Source: Antedon mediterranea
Taxonomy: Eukaryota; Animalia; Echinodermata
Assembly (NCBI RefSeq): GCF_964355755.1
Contig: NC_092674.1
Coordinates: 20,398,001-20,462,000, forward strand
Reading direction: 5' to 3'
DNA: 64,000 nucleotides
Made by a program: the position numbers and the translations under genes. Shown piece after piece: positions 1 through 15,879 of this stretch (positions are counted from its first letter, which is position 1; each line of letters begins with the position of its first letter). The notes under the pieces were generated by a model. That model searched no databases, was not told the DNA's origin, and was given only the letters and a program-made list of their open reading frames with translations.

Positions 1-2116
1 AAATATATTGACACGACATAATTCTACCAAAGAACGAGATTTTTCACGGTTAGTCCAGTTAGTAGAAAATGGTTAAACCCACATTTATCTAGATAATAAT
101 TCCATGTGAACGCTACGTAATAAAATTACTTCACATACCGCAAGCATAACTTGTAAACTAGCGGAGACCAAGTAATGTCCTATTGCAGTCATACGTATAT
201 ACTTGACCACATTTCACTAATATCCAGTGAAAGTTATACCTTCCGAACCATTCAAGACACATGTTTACAAACAATAACACGTTTATTTATGTCTTATTTC
301 ACAAAAAGCAATATACAAAAGACGAGTGTGTATCAGAATAAGTACACAAAAACTGTTCGTATGTCGTAATTGATATTTCGCTTCGGTTAATGTATCCCAC
401 GAAAAGTGTTCACTTTTCGCTGGTGTATCGCAGTGGAGACGAAGTGATTATTCTTGTTTTAACTCGCCCAGACGAGTAGTAATTGAGATCATGCAAGTTA
501 CTTGATATTAAAGAAAGAAACCAAATGCTTATATTAGTTCAACGTATATTCAGTAAATTAACTGTGTTAAAAGGACTATTAGTTAGGCTAAGCTGCATAG
601 AACGGAGTTACACTAATTCGAGTTACACCCGACTTAAAGGCTCGTGTAAACGGTTAAATCACTATATAAATACATCCGTGTCGTTAACTGCGATGTGCCC
701 GTAACTCCAGTAGGCTTCAGAGGTATGTCCGATGTAAGGTTATATGGTAACCCACATTTGAATGCAGAAGAATTGATTAAAACACTGTTTAATCCCAATA
801 TAGAGAAAATTCGTGTAAACATACTATTACCCTATGGGCATGGGCCTATAACGCAACATTGAAAATTGCACATTGAAATCAGTGGATCTGTGAAAGGATT
901 CCAAATTCTGAATGCGAAGCCTACAATATGAATGACATGACGGAATTCGTTTTCAATAAATTAACCTTTACTTCTACATGTGTTGTGTTTGTTTTTTTAT
1001 TTGTTAAGAAGAAAAAAATATATGGTTTATATTTTCATGTTGATTTCCAACGAATGTGTCACAATTGAGAAAACAATACAGACATCCGTATAATAGTTTC
1101 ATGAAGAAATAAGCACGAGTTAAACATTTAATTAGTATTTTAGGTCTACAGGTAGGCCTGCATATAAAATGAGATTACAATACAAAAGAATGTGTAATCT
1201 CTGTGAGAAATACTTGAACTTAAGCCGATTAAAATTAAAATCTAAAAGATATGAGCCGTACCAGCAAATCACAGTTTCAACAACTGTTACACGGTATGAC
1301 ATACAACAGAAGTTCTCAATTGCGCCACATCGCGCTTCTTAATAGCCTAGGTATACAATACAACAAATTGGATATGAGGTTAATAATACAGAACACCATG
1401 GTGTCCTACTTCACTGGTGTTTGTGGTTTATATTACATGAGTCCACCATTTATACTTGCAATAAGCGACTAATTGCTACGTACACATTACAGTATTGCAA
1501 TAACGAGAGTTAATGTAACAGATAAACATTGCCTCGGATGCCTAAAACTTAATATCGGATCTTATTAACTACAGTTTGTAATATTATAAACCGCGTGGAA
1601 AATCATTTACATATAACGAGTAATACTTGCACGCATTCTTTTTCTCAAGAAATTCAAAAGTAAACATTATTCCTAGTCTAATTTGATATTCATAACATCC
1701 AATACTGGATTTATATTAGGCCGATGTACAGATTGTAATTTACAACGTTGTTAGCAAATCACACGATTGCATTTCTCTGCTTTCCACTAATCATAATGCA
1801 ATTTAATAATTACAAATCGATAACTATTTAATAATATAAAATTACTACATACTGCACTATAGAGAAAACAATATTTTAATGTTTCAAACATAATTTTTAG
1901 TATTATTTCCAACGGTGTTATAATATTATTCCAATTTGAACAGCGCCTCCTATCGATATGAAGATATACAGTACGGTATTAGGAATTGAATTGACATTGT
2001 TTGTTGTAAAGGCCTACGATTTGATAACTGACTGGAAACAAAATGAAATAATTTGAGAACAGAATAACGAAACAACTTAGTAAAGTGAAGTTTTGAAACA
2101 GATTTACAATTGCTAA

Positions 2117-2279
2117 AGCTCTGTCTACACTAAAAAACTAGTTTGACAAAAAAAAATGATGTGCCCAAATATGGTAGTGATATGCTCAAATATGGTATTG
2201 ATATGACATCACCATGTCCACATTATATGGACACATCACATTTTTTTGTTACATAAAGTTTTATAGTGTAGACAGAGCT
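2117..2279. mobile_element. PIF/Harbinger (Tourist-like) MITE
   Basis: TIRs AGCTCTGTCTACACTA...TAGTGTAGACAGAGCT flanked by TAA on both sides; related copy at 24961. Confidence 0.85.
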
Positions 2280-5200
2280 TAACAAGATGAAACGAAATGA
2301 AATATACAATCGATCTTCCAATTGTTCTATATATAAACGCTGCACCCAATTTTCAGTTGAATATAATAATCAAGCTTTCAACGAATGAAAACATTCTTCC
2401 CTTTCAATGAACACAAAATATGAAATAATTTTTTTTTATAAGACACCTACTATTAATAGAATAAACTTCAGCCGCTTAAATTAATCTATAATATCGAATG
2501 ACGAAGATCATGCCTTTTAAACAGTCGGTGCTCGGATTTTTGCTGCGGGAGCAGATCAGTTATACGGTATACGGCGCACTCTACATGTTTCCTGTCAGGA
2601 AATCCAGGCCTACATCGATCACATTTCAATTTTATATTTTTAAAACAATCGTTGAAATGGAAGAAATATATGCATGACTAGAATAATCGTTGGTGTTATA
2701 CATACTATTCTCGAGATATGAAAAATAGGGACGCAAATAATAACAGTTTGGCCTAGGTCTATAGATTGTCTGTTTTGTAAGATTAAAGCCATGAAAAAAT
2801 AACAGATGTTTGGCTGCCTTCTTGCGTTAACATAATGTTATATTTATAAATATATGATTTCATCCATTTTCCCGACACATTATCACGAAAAATTGAAATT
2901 CTAAAAATATTATATAAAACAAACAAACAAACAAACATTAATCGTTGGTTGAAAAATCCACCACGTATAAACTAAAGATGATAAAACTATTAAACACTAT
3001 TTAAAAACGTGAGCAAAATACATAAGGATTCATCGTGGTTGTAGAATTTAACCGAACCAAAGACCTTGGAATTAAAAGGCAACCGCGAGTTAACCACTCC
3101 ACTATTCTTTAAAAACCTTGAGGTAAAAAAAAACAACAATAATGACTAACTTATCATTTCGTTTAAATCATTCAGATGAAACCGACGGTATTAACTTTTC
3201 TGTCCCCTATGACACCAGGTATTGAATATTCTTTCTTTCACTATTTCAATAGATTCAGGATCCCTTGAGGGCTCGATTCTCACCCAATATTATGTCGGAA
3301 TTTTTCAAAACACACCTAGGTTATGTCATCTCCATGACCCCTTCCATTCAACAGTGCCATAGTTTCACGAACCAGATACAGTATGGAATTTCAAAGATAC
3401 TTATCAGGGGATTACGAAGAAAAAAATAGTTGTTAAAAAATGTATACAGTTATAATACAGGAAGAAACAGACATGCACCAGGTAAATATCCAGTATTTCA
3501 AAGGAAACTCACCTGCGTATTATACAAAATCATATTTCACTAAAATGTCCAATACTGGAAACAAATAATTTAGTAACACACAATTTAAATCATACCAAAA
3601 ATGTATATAATATCACCAAATACAATATAGAGAATAAATTGAAGCGAGAGCTGGAAATAAATGCGGCTATAAACGCAGTAGATTGTAAATCAACTGTTCA
3701 GTTTATTTTGAGTTTGCATTTGAACAGAGTAAAGAGCTATAGAAAAGATAGAAAGACCCATTGAATATGAAAAACAATAATTGTGAAGAGACGGGATAAT
3801 AGTTAAGCATTTCTTTTATGACGATGTATTGTAGAGGACTATAGATTTTTACATGATTCACAATGCTGAACGAGGCCCGGTACACTAGGCATTCAACGAC
3901 TCATCAATATAGTTATTTGTAAAAGGCCTTGTCATCGTCTGACTGATCTGTGAGTACAAAAGAACGCGTGTGACGTAGTCAATACACACAATCAACAGCT
4001 GTTCCGTTTCTACTCATAAATATTCAACGATATCAAATATGATATTTTCAATAGAATTCATCTCTGCTTAACCTAATGATTAGGAAATTATATGGGAAAT
4101 TGCATTTCACTTCTACCACAAACCTTATTGAAAAACTCATCTGCCTTACTTTAATGATAAATGCAAATATGAATTTATAAATGTTACCGTTTTATTGCGG
4201 TAAAGTAAATGAAAATCAACTAATTTAATACATTCAGTATAATTATTATAAAATAAATATCAAACTGATTATCTAACGAAATTCAAATGTATGTCCTGGT
4301 AGCCATTTTTCGTTTTACTAGTACACACTATTTTAAAATCATGGTATGTCAAGCGCTAACGTAAAATGTACAAAATCACAACGATTTTTTTATTCAACAC
4401 GTTTAAGATAATAGTAATTATTTATACTGACTATAATTCTATATGATAGGCCAGGCTACTAACTCTTCAAAATCATATATTTCTATATTTAAAAAAAATT
4501 TATTGTGTATTATTGTTTTTGGTTTCTTTCTTTCTAAATTCAACCTTTTAAAATAATTATATATTTTGTAATATTTCAATGTAATTTTTGGATAAGACTC
4601 GTTTTACTTGTAGACCTATTTGTATAGGTCTAGTGAAAATTTGTAATGTAATTATATATTTTCTTACTATTAAAAATTATTTCTTTTCTTATTGCTCAAT
4701 CTATCATTAAAGTTATTGCTTACTAAATCTACAAACATTATATAGTAGGCTCTTGGTTACAGTTTAAAGACTAAACTGGAGTAGGCCTAAATGATAAAAA
4801 AAAAAAAAAAAACTATACTGTTATGATTCCGCACTAAAGGAAGGAGCCTGATTAAATGATTCTTTCCAGAAACCAAACGCTGAACTTTCATTAACATTAT
4901 ATTGAATAGATGGAGATCTTCATGAATGTGTCGATCAAGATCCATATACATAATATATATTATTTTCACCTCCTTCCATATGCTTTCCATATGCTACAAA
5001 GCTGCATTACTTGACGTATGGTATGGGATCTGGTTATCAATTTTTAATTCAATCACACACATACGGATAGTTTCTTAGAAAAATATGCCATATTCAGTGT
5101 TTAATAAATTTACTGAACAATTATTAACAGCATCTTTCAAATACAGGCCTTAAAATCAATACATTCGTTAGCCTATTCTATGCAACGACGTAGTTAATTA

Positions 5201-8200
5201 TGATTTTAAACTACTCAATATGGTGTTTCAGTATATTGTAATATATGCTGATTTAAAAAGGCCAGTTAATACTACCAGTCAAATGTATTTTACAACGTGC
5301 AAGGTTCGAATAATTAATATTGTTCACCGTGCAGGATAATATTGTAGCCTAGTTAAGACTATTTATATTGCAAATGTGGTATTCTTGTATTGGTTATATA
5401 GCTTTGGTTAGGCCTAATGGATATTTTAGTTAAGGCATTCATTTGGTTTCAAAATGTTTTTCGGGTTTATCCTAAAGTTATATCACAAATACCTTCCATA
5501 ACATATTGTATAAACGCCTTTCTACAATAATATGGAAGTTTAAATTAATTTTAAGAAATGTACAATAATTTTACGTTTTACAGTACATATGAAATTGCGA
5601 TTAAGAGTTCAATACAATACAAAAACAGTATGCAAAAATAAAGGCATAGGCCTATACTGGAGTAATTATGCAATTATATAATAGTGAAAAGTGATGTTGA
5701 TTTATTGTTTTACAGTATTCAGGAAAAAGTATAGGCCTACTGTCAGGATAATTAACTGAATTACTTAATAAATATTTTGTTGATAACCTGTTCAAAAATA
5801 TTGTGTAAAGAAATATTGCTTTCTAAATGCATTTTCTATCATGTAGGCCTGCAATACAATCATAGAAGAATAATTAGTTAATTTAGATAAATAGAATTGG
5901 ATAAGTACAACAAAACGCTATTTATAATATGTATTTTATTTTAGAAAGAGTGTATAAAGTGGTGTTTTAAGAAAGAACGTAAGAGCAAAGAAAGATATAA
6001 TAAATCAGAGTAAAATCAATACACAAATAATACTGGCCATTCATTTCCCAAACGTCTTTCTAATATCCGATTATCGTCTCATGAGAATAGCTATTAGAGT
6101 GGGTTAATATATTATAGAACAATCACCATGCCATATCTAGCCACAAATCTAATTGAACACGATAACACATGCGTAATTCGGTAGCATTTCTCTACAAAAT
6201 GATAGCTTTTGAAGTCTAGAAATTAAATTATCTATATTTATAAGGCCTAACCTGTATGTCATGTTACTAGGGTTTGTTTATTACACTCATTTAACATTGT
6301 TACTAAAGTTAATACATGATGCTGCAACAGAAGGCGAACGCGACAGCTTAACATAAATTCGTTTTTACAACAACTAACTCCATTCGAACAATACAGACAT
6401 AGGCATATTAATGAATTTCATAATTTATCATTAAACCGACGCATTTGTGTCGGTAAAATCTAGTAATGTAGGCCTAAATGACTCAGAAAAACAAGAAATA
6501 AATAAAATAATTGTTCAGTAAGGTTTCTGGTTCACAGACATAATTCTTATCGTAAAATATGTTTTACATATAAGTCCATAAACTTACCAAAAACAAACAT
6601 GAATATAATATATATATATATATTTGCTCCAATTAAATTTCAATTGTGTGTCTGAGGTTTTCTTTGGCATGGTTGGTAGAGATACATAATTTACATATTG
6701 CATTATGTGTGCATCCGTATCTTCATACAAAAATTAGTGATCATTAGAAGAGAGGTGGTGGTCTATTTACATAGCGAATTTGTACACCTTTAACAGGAGG
6801 TGGTTTTGGCATGGAGGATGATTATTCAATGGAAGGATACACGGGGCCTATATTTGGTCCGTTGATATACGAACGAGTTTCAAAACATCATAATTAAACA
6901 GCAGTATGAGGCCTATCAAAATGTAGGTTAAAAGAAGGAAAGGACAGAAAAAAGAAAAGACAGGAAGTAAAAATACGCCCTTAACACAACGCTACATAAT
7001 CATTAAAAAAACATTCAATGACAATAAAAATGCCGTCACAAAACATGAATATAAAAGACTATGGTGCATAAAATAAACGCAATAAAAGTAAGTGGTATTT
7101 TGTTTTTTTAATGTTTTCAGAAAAGTAGCTATTTTATGGAATCTATTGTTAGCTCAGCTGGCGTTTTTATTGAAAGAGTGATATGATCGCTACGTAAACC
7201 TTATCGGATGTAATTTGATCAGTTGGCTAATGATGTTGGTCCCAGAAATAAAATAAAAATATAACATATATATTTACAGTACAGTACAGTGTATTTAGAT
7301 ACAGACTAAGAATTTAATCAGGTGCATTTACAAGTATAGATAAACTCTCAACTGCCCAGTGATATCTACAAATTTGTATTGAATGTATTCCATAAATATT
7401 TAATTTGAAAAATTCCACAATGCTACGAATTATAATACTATTTTTTATTTTTTTATTGAACCATGCTTCATGAGGGTTGCTCATCCAGCAAAGCTAATCA
7501 TTGACAATACAATATATACAAACAGTACAAAAATACATATTATAACAGTATGTTTATTTGTAGCCTATATTAGTTGGTCATAATATATCTTTGACGTTAT
7601 TAAAACTATAATCAATGTTGATTCTTTTAAAGATTTAGTCAAAAGTAATGTTACTATTATCGAAAAAATCCAATCAGCTAATATAATAACACAATCACGG
7701 CTTTCAAGTGAAAGATTGACAAGTTGTACCAATTCAATTGAAAAGATATAACCTTACTGTCCCTTAATCATCTATTGTATAATGATTAAACCCGGCCTTC
7801 ATTAACCTTACGAGAATAATAATAAGAAGACCTGAATGAAATTACCTTAGCAGGTCATTATTAATGTTTTCGTTCAAATTTAAGACCACCAGCATGTAAG
7901 CAGTCTTTAACCACGTTGGACTTTAGTTAGAAGCGCTAAGAAGCTTATTATATATGTTTTGGGAGTTTGTAATTGAAATGAATCTATATTATGTATGTAT
8001 GTATTATGTATTTTACTTTTAAATGTTGGGTAAGTTTTGTAGTAAAGTATTTTTGCAGTAAAATCACGTTCCTCGTATTGTGGTTTTTCAAGTGTTAGTA
8101 ACTTTAGAGTCATGATGATTTTATGAGTAAGTTCATTACACTGCCTGTCTCCTCGGGCCTACTCATTCTTTTCACAGTATTATACAAACATTCCAATAGT

Positions 8201-9591
8201 ATTTTGACAAAAGAACTATTATCCACAGCCTACTGGTTTTCAATGGCCAGGATTGATGAAAGAATTCTGTGAAGGTGTTTTAATTTCGCTTCAGTCCTAA
8301 TAAACCTCTACCACTTAACTGTGACTTTGAGATAAACAAGAAAAAAAAAACAATCCACAATCACTGATTTGATTTTATTTCCTACTGAACTCATACTACA
8401 ATTCAAAATAAATTTTTCGTGGACGAAGAGGTTGGGCTTTCTTTCATTCAAGTTTTCCGGGGTCATTAAATATATCGCAATCTAAGCTTTTTGGAAGAAA
8501 GTTTGCTGAAACTGTGGATACCAAGACCATGGGAAAGGGGTTGTGCAAACAGAAAAAACTTTTCTCAACCCTGGTGTACAAACACTAACTGTAAACCCTA
8601 AAGCGATAGATTATCAATTATACTTTTTTTTAATCTGAGAAACTTTTCCTAATAAAACATTGATCTGTAAGCAATATGATAATTAAATACATTTTGGAAA
8701 ACGAAACTCTAAAAAATCTTAAAAAACGGAAAAGATGCAGAACTATAGGTAAATGAAAAATGCACAGAACTGAGAATCTGATGTGCTACACAACAAACAA
8801 CATAATTTAAGTGGAGCAAATATTTGAAGAAAGCCTGAATATTAATTGAAATATACAGGAAGGAATGACGTCTATGTCAATGTAGGAAAGTTTGCAAATG
8901 CATGGAAATTCGTTGAAAGTGAAGAATACATACAGACATGCACACTCAGAATGTAGAGAATCAAATTATTTTCTTGCTTATTATAAATTTTGTTGTTTTA
9001 TTTTTAGACATAGATAAACAATACTCGCTCGACTCAATAGACTTCGCTACAATACGTCACGTCTTTTCATAATGCGTGTTACAGTTATTAAATCACGCAC
9101 TTTTATAATAAAAACGATATTGTGTATCAACATAAAAAAAGATCTTTAACAATAATTATTGGATGTCAAAGTCAATGACCCCCTGGCTCATTCAAAATGT
9201 GTACACAGTGCAATAAACCCATACATTGTGGTCTTTGTTATAGGCCTACCATCGATATTTAGGTTAAGTCGGCAAACAGGTAAATTCGGTTTTGCCGTGT
9301 ATATTCTACGATACAATCAATGTTATATTGTTGCACTTTTTTTTACATAGAATATGATGGCCCGTTAAGCTCTAACTGGATTGTTTCTTCTGAACAGATA
9401 GTATAACACCGTAGACCTATGTGTTATTTAGGTATAAGGATGTATCGTATTGTAATTAGTAGATTGCTCCACTACACATTTCTTGTTTTTAAATGTATTA
9501 TTTCAGTAGTTAAACTTATTCAAATAAAAAATGTAATACTGAGAAAAGAGTTGAATAATTATCAGCATCAGATTCAGCATTTATCTTGTCC

Positions 9592-10045
9592 TTTATATGA
9601 GCATATGATAGTATGGTTTATATGAGCCTATGATAGTATGGTTTATATGAGCCTATGATAGTATGGTTTATATGATCCTATGATAGTATGGTTTATATGA
9701 TCCTATGATAGTATGGTTTATATGAGCCTATGATAGTATGGTTTATATGAGCCTATGATAGTATGGTTTATATGAGCCTATGATAGTATGGTTTATATGA
9801 GCCTATGATAGTATGGTTTATATGAGCCTATGATAGTATGGTTTATATGAGCCTATGATAGTATGGTTTATATGAGCCTATGATAGTATGGTTTATATGA
9901 GCCTATGATAGTATGGTTTATATGAGCCTATGATAGTATGGTTTATATGAGCCTATGATAGTATGGTTTATATGAGCCTATGATAGTATGGTTTATATGA
10001 GCCTATGATAGTATGGTTTATATGAGCCTATGATAGTATGGTTTA
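9592..10045. repeat. 26-bp minisatellite, ~17.5 copies
   Basis: Near-perfect tandem array of TTTATATGAGCCTATGATAGTATGG-type units, period 26, no spacers. Confidence 0.95.
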
Positions 10046-13000
10046 ATGTAAATTTAATACACACTATTTATAAAATAAAATATTTTGAGTGTATTCATAC
10101 GTTATACAGATATTTAAAACATTGTATTCATATAATATAAGGCTTAAGTTTTACTCGAGATTAATGTTTTTAAAGGTATAAGCGTGCTGTATCACATTAT
10201 ACAATTACCTTGTCACTGTCTTCAAAAGCATGAAATTAAAAATATAATTAAAATGATCAACATTATACACTAAATAATAGGCCAAGTTTTATTCAAGTTT
10301 AAGTTTTGTGTAAAATGTGGTGAAACAATCATTAAGAACAGATTTATGTATAAATCGCGTGTTTCTATTATTTGAATAAAAAGAGACATACTGTTTGATT
10401 TCGTTGTTATTTTATAATTACAGTATTTTACTGCTTACAAAGTAAACAGACATTTCTAGAGAACAACAGACGTATGTTAATTCAGATATTATAAATATAA
10501 TAAACACACATTTCGCCGTGTATAGCATTAGTATACACAGTGAAATTATAATATTATACACGTCGATTCTAAATGGGAATGGTTGCAATTGCTATTAATA
10601 TTGATTATACATTTTGTCTAAAACTGAAACTAATTTACATTTTATTGCCGAGGCAAAAACAACACGACTACCCTTATTCTTGTTGGTTATATCCTAATGA
10701 TAATAAACTATCCAATCTAAATGACATTTAATAAACAAAAATGAACGTTAATTATTTGATTCCTCGGGCCAAACCCAACTAATTGAACTCACGGTTTCTT
10801 TGTTGTCTCAAATTATTCACTTTTTTATAGCCTTACTATAAAGACGGTAAAGAATATTACAAAGAAGATATTATTGTATAATTTGAATTGAATTACAGTA
10901 AATTTTTCTGTGATGGTATCGTGTTTTATTCAATGTATTATAGAGAATAGGACGCATTTAAATTTATTTCAACAAATTCAAACACTAACACTGATATTTC
11001 CTTTGGTCAATTGCGTAATTGAATCTCAATATATTAAATATGTTTTAATGTTTACAGGTAGCAGCTTACATATAGTATTTTTGTATAATTCTTTTATGTG
11101 GAGTAAAAAATACCATCTGAATTGTCAAGTTGATAATCAAATGTTTATAGTCTACGTTTTAATTATCACATGTTATTACAAATTATATAATTGTGTATGT
11201 TTGGGCCTATCGGTTTACCGCCGTTTCTAGTGTATATTTATTAATGTTTAATGTGAATTGACCAATTGGAGTAAATCTTGTGATCCTCTCATTACGAGCG
11301 TAATCATCACGTGTTTTGCATGCAGATTTTAGGATAAAAGAAATATAGTTTGTTCCAACAACAACACTAAACTTGTACTCCACAACATTTAATTATGATT
11401 TCCAACATTTTCTAATGTTATATTTTATTAGTGGAATTTTACTTGTTGATTGTTTTTCAAGATTCAGCAAGTAAATTGTATTTACTATTAAGTGTGATTA
11501 TACTGTCAACAAGTAATACGGTTAATCTCTATCTTAAGATTGGAATCATCAGCATTTAAACTTCCAAGCTCAACTGATTAAGCTATGGGCTTAACTGATC
11601 TAATTCCACAGATAATCCATATTAATAGTTTCTGAACGCTCTCTATGGTTCAGGGAATCAACAAGTACATTCTGAATGTTACTATACGGATTTAAGAATC
11701 CAAACGTTTAACGTGAAGAACCATTGTTATAAAAATATCAATGTTTTTATCTATGTAGGCCTACTTGAATTTAGATTATTACATAACATTCGGCTTTGCG
11801 CGTAAGGCTTATAGAATAAAAATATTCCTAGAAAAATGATAATTAATAATAGGCCTATTAATATACCTTCGCTTCACTGTAAACTGCGGTTTCATTGAAT
11901 TCTTTTTATCTTTTCATTTTATAGGCCTATTCTTGTTTACGTACGGTAAGTCACGTAGAAATTATATGTTGAAAACTATATTGTTATTATTAGTAGGCAT
12001 GGTATAACATAAACAGACCTAACGAATATTGATGATTTTGACCTGTCCTGGATTGTTGAAGCATGGCCTATTCCAATAATCTCGTAGTCTTTTTCTACTT
12101 TTTCACTTATTGTTTCAATTTAAACACGGAACTTTAATAGGCCAGTCGAATGTGCTAACATATTATTTTTGTCATTTTTGATAACATTATGCCTTATTCA
12201 GAAAACCAGGCAGACTGCATCAATCGAATCATAGTAATTAATCAATTGTATTGTTTTAGGACAGAAATAGAAACAAATTATCTTTTGGTACATTTTGTGA
12301 TTGATGAAATGAAACCTGGATAAAATATGTACCACTGGTTAGCACAATTTTAATTTTATCAAAGCCATTTTATACGTTTAGTGTTCATTTTAACAACTAT
12401 AATAATTGTTAGTGTTCATTTTTAGAATATTAGATGAGGTTTTAGCTCGTGTGAAATTTAACTTATGTGAGTGTCGTAAATAAAAAGAAATTAACAATGA
12501 AAACAAGTCTATACTTAATCTTCACAGAAACGCAATTTTTACGATCATGTAATACTGCACTCGTAATACTGGCAACTCAATTTCTAAAAAATATACAATA
12601 GGTTATATTTTTGATTAGAGGGCGGTACAGTAAAAACCAATATACCCATGCACCTAACTCGAAAAATAACCACGAAAAGTACTAAATGAATATTAATAAA
12701 TACTACAATAACATTTGTTTAATTTGCAGCCTACTTTACCTCACATTTTTGCGTATTGCCTTCTTTATTTAGATTTCAATATGTTTGGAAGTCTAATACA
12801 AATCAAGTGATGATTTACTTTTCATTCATCGAAATCATTATTTCACATCATACGACGTATTATAGGCCTATATTATATTTATTTTAGAAAAAAAATCATC
12901 AAATACTGTTTGTATGTACTTACTAAAATATCCCTCAAACAAATACAAAACTTACCCAATTGTATTGCCTTACGAGAAGTCTATTAAAGTTAAATATTTA

Positions 13001-14305
13001 AATCTATTAATTATACTTATTTTAAAGCTACTAAAGCATCCCCACTGATATTTTCTTTAATATAAAACACGATCTATACCAAACACGTGGTTAGAAATCG
13101 TTATGAAAATTAACTTTGATAAAAACGACCATGAAAAAAAAACAACGTTGAACAGAAGACAAATTTCTCACACATTGCATGATTTAGAATATTAATAAAG
13201 ATGTTAGCTCGTCACACAAAGCATGGTAGCAAACGTAAGGGCACTAAGGTCACTTTTCGCAATTACAATCGCTTATTAGGTCTCTCAGATAGAGAAGACT
13301 GGCTTTTTTATGCACTTGTTGGTAATTATAAGCATGTTCGATGAGTCTACGAGGTGCTTAACGCCGCGCAATTTATCTCATTAAGCGACGTTCGTTCGGT
13401 TTTGTGATGGCCTGTGGTCACGTGTGCACATTTTAAAAAGAAAATGAAAGCTTAATGAATTATTACACCCCTTGTAATTGGCCAGTTTCTGGTGGTAGAA
13501 TCATTATCGTTTTCACTCATAAGTCAATATATATAAATAGACTAATGATTATGTTTACTTCGTTATTGAGCCTTAGATAAACCATCAACACTAAAAAAAG
13601 TCATAAGTTGGTGAAATACTTTAAGTTTTTTATTTAACGTTTGGTTATAGGCCTAAGTTCGTATAACATGTATTTCGATCATTAGACAGCAAATTCTTAA
13701 TCATTGCATTAAATATATACGTTTAAACGAAGCTCGACTCGAAGTGGCCCACTTATAACAAAGAAAACTAAATTGATATAAAAACAAAATCCCTTAGTAT
13801 AAAATATTAACGATACAGTATTACCGAACAGTACCGTTTTCGTGTCATTGAAAAATCATGTTATCCTTCAGGAATTGAACTTATAACTGTGGCAAAGTGT
13901 AGAACAAATATAGTTGGGTATATTAAAGGTATATGATGGCGCACACGTGTGTTACTAATTGATTTCAAAATCTATATTTTGTTTTCAAATAAAATTGGTC
14001 ATTTTTAATTTCAATGTAATATCATCATTTTGCTATTGTACGAAATAATCGTTTGAACTTTGCAAGACCTAGCTGCAAAAGGTGGCGCTCTTCTGAAAAA
14101 CATACATGTGAGTATTAAAAGGTAACAGATACAAAGTTTGTGGTTGTTAGCATGTGTTCATTTTTCCATGTAGTGAGTTCATGGATGTAGTAACATTTGT
14201 GATAAAATTTGGTAGTGGTGGTGATGATGAATGTCGTCATGTTGTACCTGATAACGACAGTAGTTGTGTTAATGGAACAGATTGCAGCGTTGATGTACGT
14301 GTGGT

Positions 14306-15290
14306 TGATGGTGAGGAGGTGTGGTACTCTGCAGCGTTGATGTAAGTTTGATGGTTGTGGTGGTAATGATGGTGTTTAGTGATGATGCTGATGGTGACGA
14401 GGTGTGGTACTCTGCAGCGTTGATGTAAGTTTGATGGTTGTGGTAATAATGATGGTGTTTAGTGATGATGTTGATGGTGAGTAGGTGTGGTACTCTGTAG
14501 CGTTGATGTAAGTTTGATGGTTGTGGTGATAATGATGGTGTTTAGTGATGATGTTGATGATGACGAGGTGTGGTACTCGGCAGCGTTGATGTAAGTTTGG
14601 TGGTTATGGTGATAATGATGGTGTTTAGTGATGATGTTGATGGTGAGGAGGTGTGGTACTCTGCAGCGTTGATGTAAGTTTGATGGTTATGGCGATAATG
14701 ATGGTGTTTAGTGATGATGTTGATGGTGAGGAGGTGTGGTACTCTGCAGCGTTGATGTAAGTTTGATGGTTGTGGTAATAGTGATGGTGTTTAGTGATGA
14801 TGTTGATGGTGACGAGGTGTGGTACTCTGCAGCGTTGATGTAAGTTTGGTGGTTATGGTGATAATGATGGTGTTTAGTGATGATGTTGATGGCGAGGTGG
14901 TGTGGTACTCTGCAGCATTGATGTAAGTTTGATGGTTATGGTGATAATGATGGTGTTTAGTGATGATGTTGATGGTGAGGAGGTGTGGTACTCTGCAGCG
15001 TTGATGTAAGTTTGATGGTTATGGTGATAATGATGGTGTTTAGTGATGATGTTGATGGTGACGAGGTGTGGTACACTGTAGCGTTGATGTAAGTTTGATG
15101 GTTGTGGTAATAATGATGGTGTTTAGTGATTATGTTGATGGTGAAGAGATGTGGTACTCTGCAGCGTTGATGTAAGTTTGGTGGTTACGGTGATAATGAT
15201 GGTGTTTAGTGATGATGTTGATGGTGAGGAGGTGTGGTACTCTGCAGCGTTGATGTAAGTTTGATGATGTTGATGGTGAGGAGGTATGTT
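14306..15290. repeat. 83-bp G/T-rich minisatellite, ~12 copies
   Basis: GTGGTAC anchor recurs at 14321, 14404 ... 15234 (period 83); degenerate GAT/GGT-rich flanks out to ~14200 and ~15800. Confidence 0.95.
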
Positions 15291-15879
15291 ATTTTGATGG
15301 TTGTGGTGATAATGGTGGTGTTTAGTGACTAGGCTGATGATGGTGATGTGTGGTACGGTAACGATGGTTTTAAGGTTGATTGTTGTGGGTGGTAATGACG
15401 GCGTGTTTAGTGACAATGTCGATGGTAATGGAACACTTGTAATTTAAAATATTAAGGTTAATATATAGTGGAATTAATTAGGTTTTTTTTATATGGCTTC
15501 CTGTGAAGTTTAATTTTGTTGATAATAGTGGTATTGATGGCATTTATATGATGATGCTTGCCACAGTTATGTTGAGGATAAGGTAATGGCGTATATTTGT
15601 GGTGGTCTTGTGATGATTTAGTTGCTTTAAGTGGTGGTGATAGTGTTGGTGTTGATAGTGAGGAAGCTTGCTATTTTAATGTTGATAGTATGTATGGTGA
15701 TAATATAGGGATGGTGTTAATGATGATGAGTGTTGCCAATTTAATATAGTGCTGGTAGTGATGGACGAATAATACATGGATGATTGTGATAATGGATGTT
15801 CCGGATTCCGGTTTTAATGGTAACGATGCTACGTTTTATGCTGGTTTCAGAGAGGTGTAATAAGCCGAAGGCTAGAGGG

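Noticed and set aside
530-830. Harbinger-like element end (CGTGTAAAC motifs)
   Set aside because: Only one terminus-like motif is visible; no partner TIR or target duplication within the window.
7907-8113. 68-aa ORF as a gene
   Set aside because: At most a faint LINE RT C-terminal resemblance (LKLLTLE..DF..KIL); too degraded to call.
9592-10045. 26-bp array as a CRISPR array
   Set aside because: Units are contiguous with no unique spacers, the context is eukaryotic and there are no cas genes.
15123-15416. His/Thr-rich ORF as a mucin or His-rich protein
   Set aside because: It derives from the 83-bp minisatellite; the period is not a multiple of 3 and stops recur.
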